From Adineta vaga (lineage: Eukaryota; Animalia; Rotifera), in the NCBI GenBank assembly GCA_021613535.1, contig CP075494.1, positions 1,426,001 to 1,490,000 on the forward strand: a DNA stretch of 64,000 nt. The letters are read 5' to 3'. The notes under the pieces were generated by a model. It ran no database searches and was not told the origin of the DNA. It was given only the letters and a program-made list of their open reading frames with translations. Positions 63,791-64,000 of this stretch are shown piece by piece; positions within the stretch are counted from its first letter, which is position 1, and the number at the start of each line of letters is the position of its first letter. The position numbers were made by a program, and so were the translations under genes.

Positions 63791-64000
63791 TAAATTGATT
63801 GATGGGACATACTATTTATAGTGGAACAATGTTTGTTAAGAGCTGTTATTACTGTTTCGTCACCCTCACTCTATTTACGAACTATTGAAAATAATTCTTT
63901 ATTTTTTATTTTATCTTTATTTCTATTTTATGAAGAATAAAAGTAACTCTTTTTCTTTTTCTTCATTGTAAAAATAAAGTAACAATCCTGTTTCTTACAA

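Noticed and set aside
1-64000. A recombinase or integrase acting on the TLP elements
   Set aside because: No tyrosine or serine recombinase, HUH or intact reverse transcriptase ORF was seen. The hAT and Merlin TIRs do not resemble the TLP arms.

Overview
AT-rich eukaryotic DNA with short (~50-60 bp) GT-AG introns. The gene repertoire (NHL, kelch and FG-GAP propeller proteins, orphan 7TM receptors, an ART-TPR protein, an F-box/LRR protein, a repeated Cys-rich TM-flanked family) and TGTGGG/TGAGGG-type motifs point to a bdelloid rotifer; this is inference. The window holds about 20 unrelated genes and pseudogenes in mixed orientation. It also has a TE-rich block at ~12.7-20.2 kb (Merlin remnant, RTE LINE 3' end, near-complete hAT) and several MITE or foldback elements. 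The main unexplained structure is a family of about 30 short (45-100 bp) imperfect palindromes with consensus CCATCTTGAGGGTGTGGGTG-[variable core]-CACCCACACCCTCAAGATGG. They are built from telomere-like repeats in head-to-head orientation. They mostly fall between genes, often one gene per interval and 10-120 bp beyond a stop codon. Their cores fall into recurring subtypes, and some sit at points where a gene or transposon is cut off. This suggests a gene-cassette-like architecture. No recombinase is visible in the window. All coordinates were read by eye and exon boundaries are approximate.
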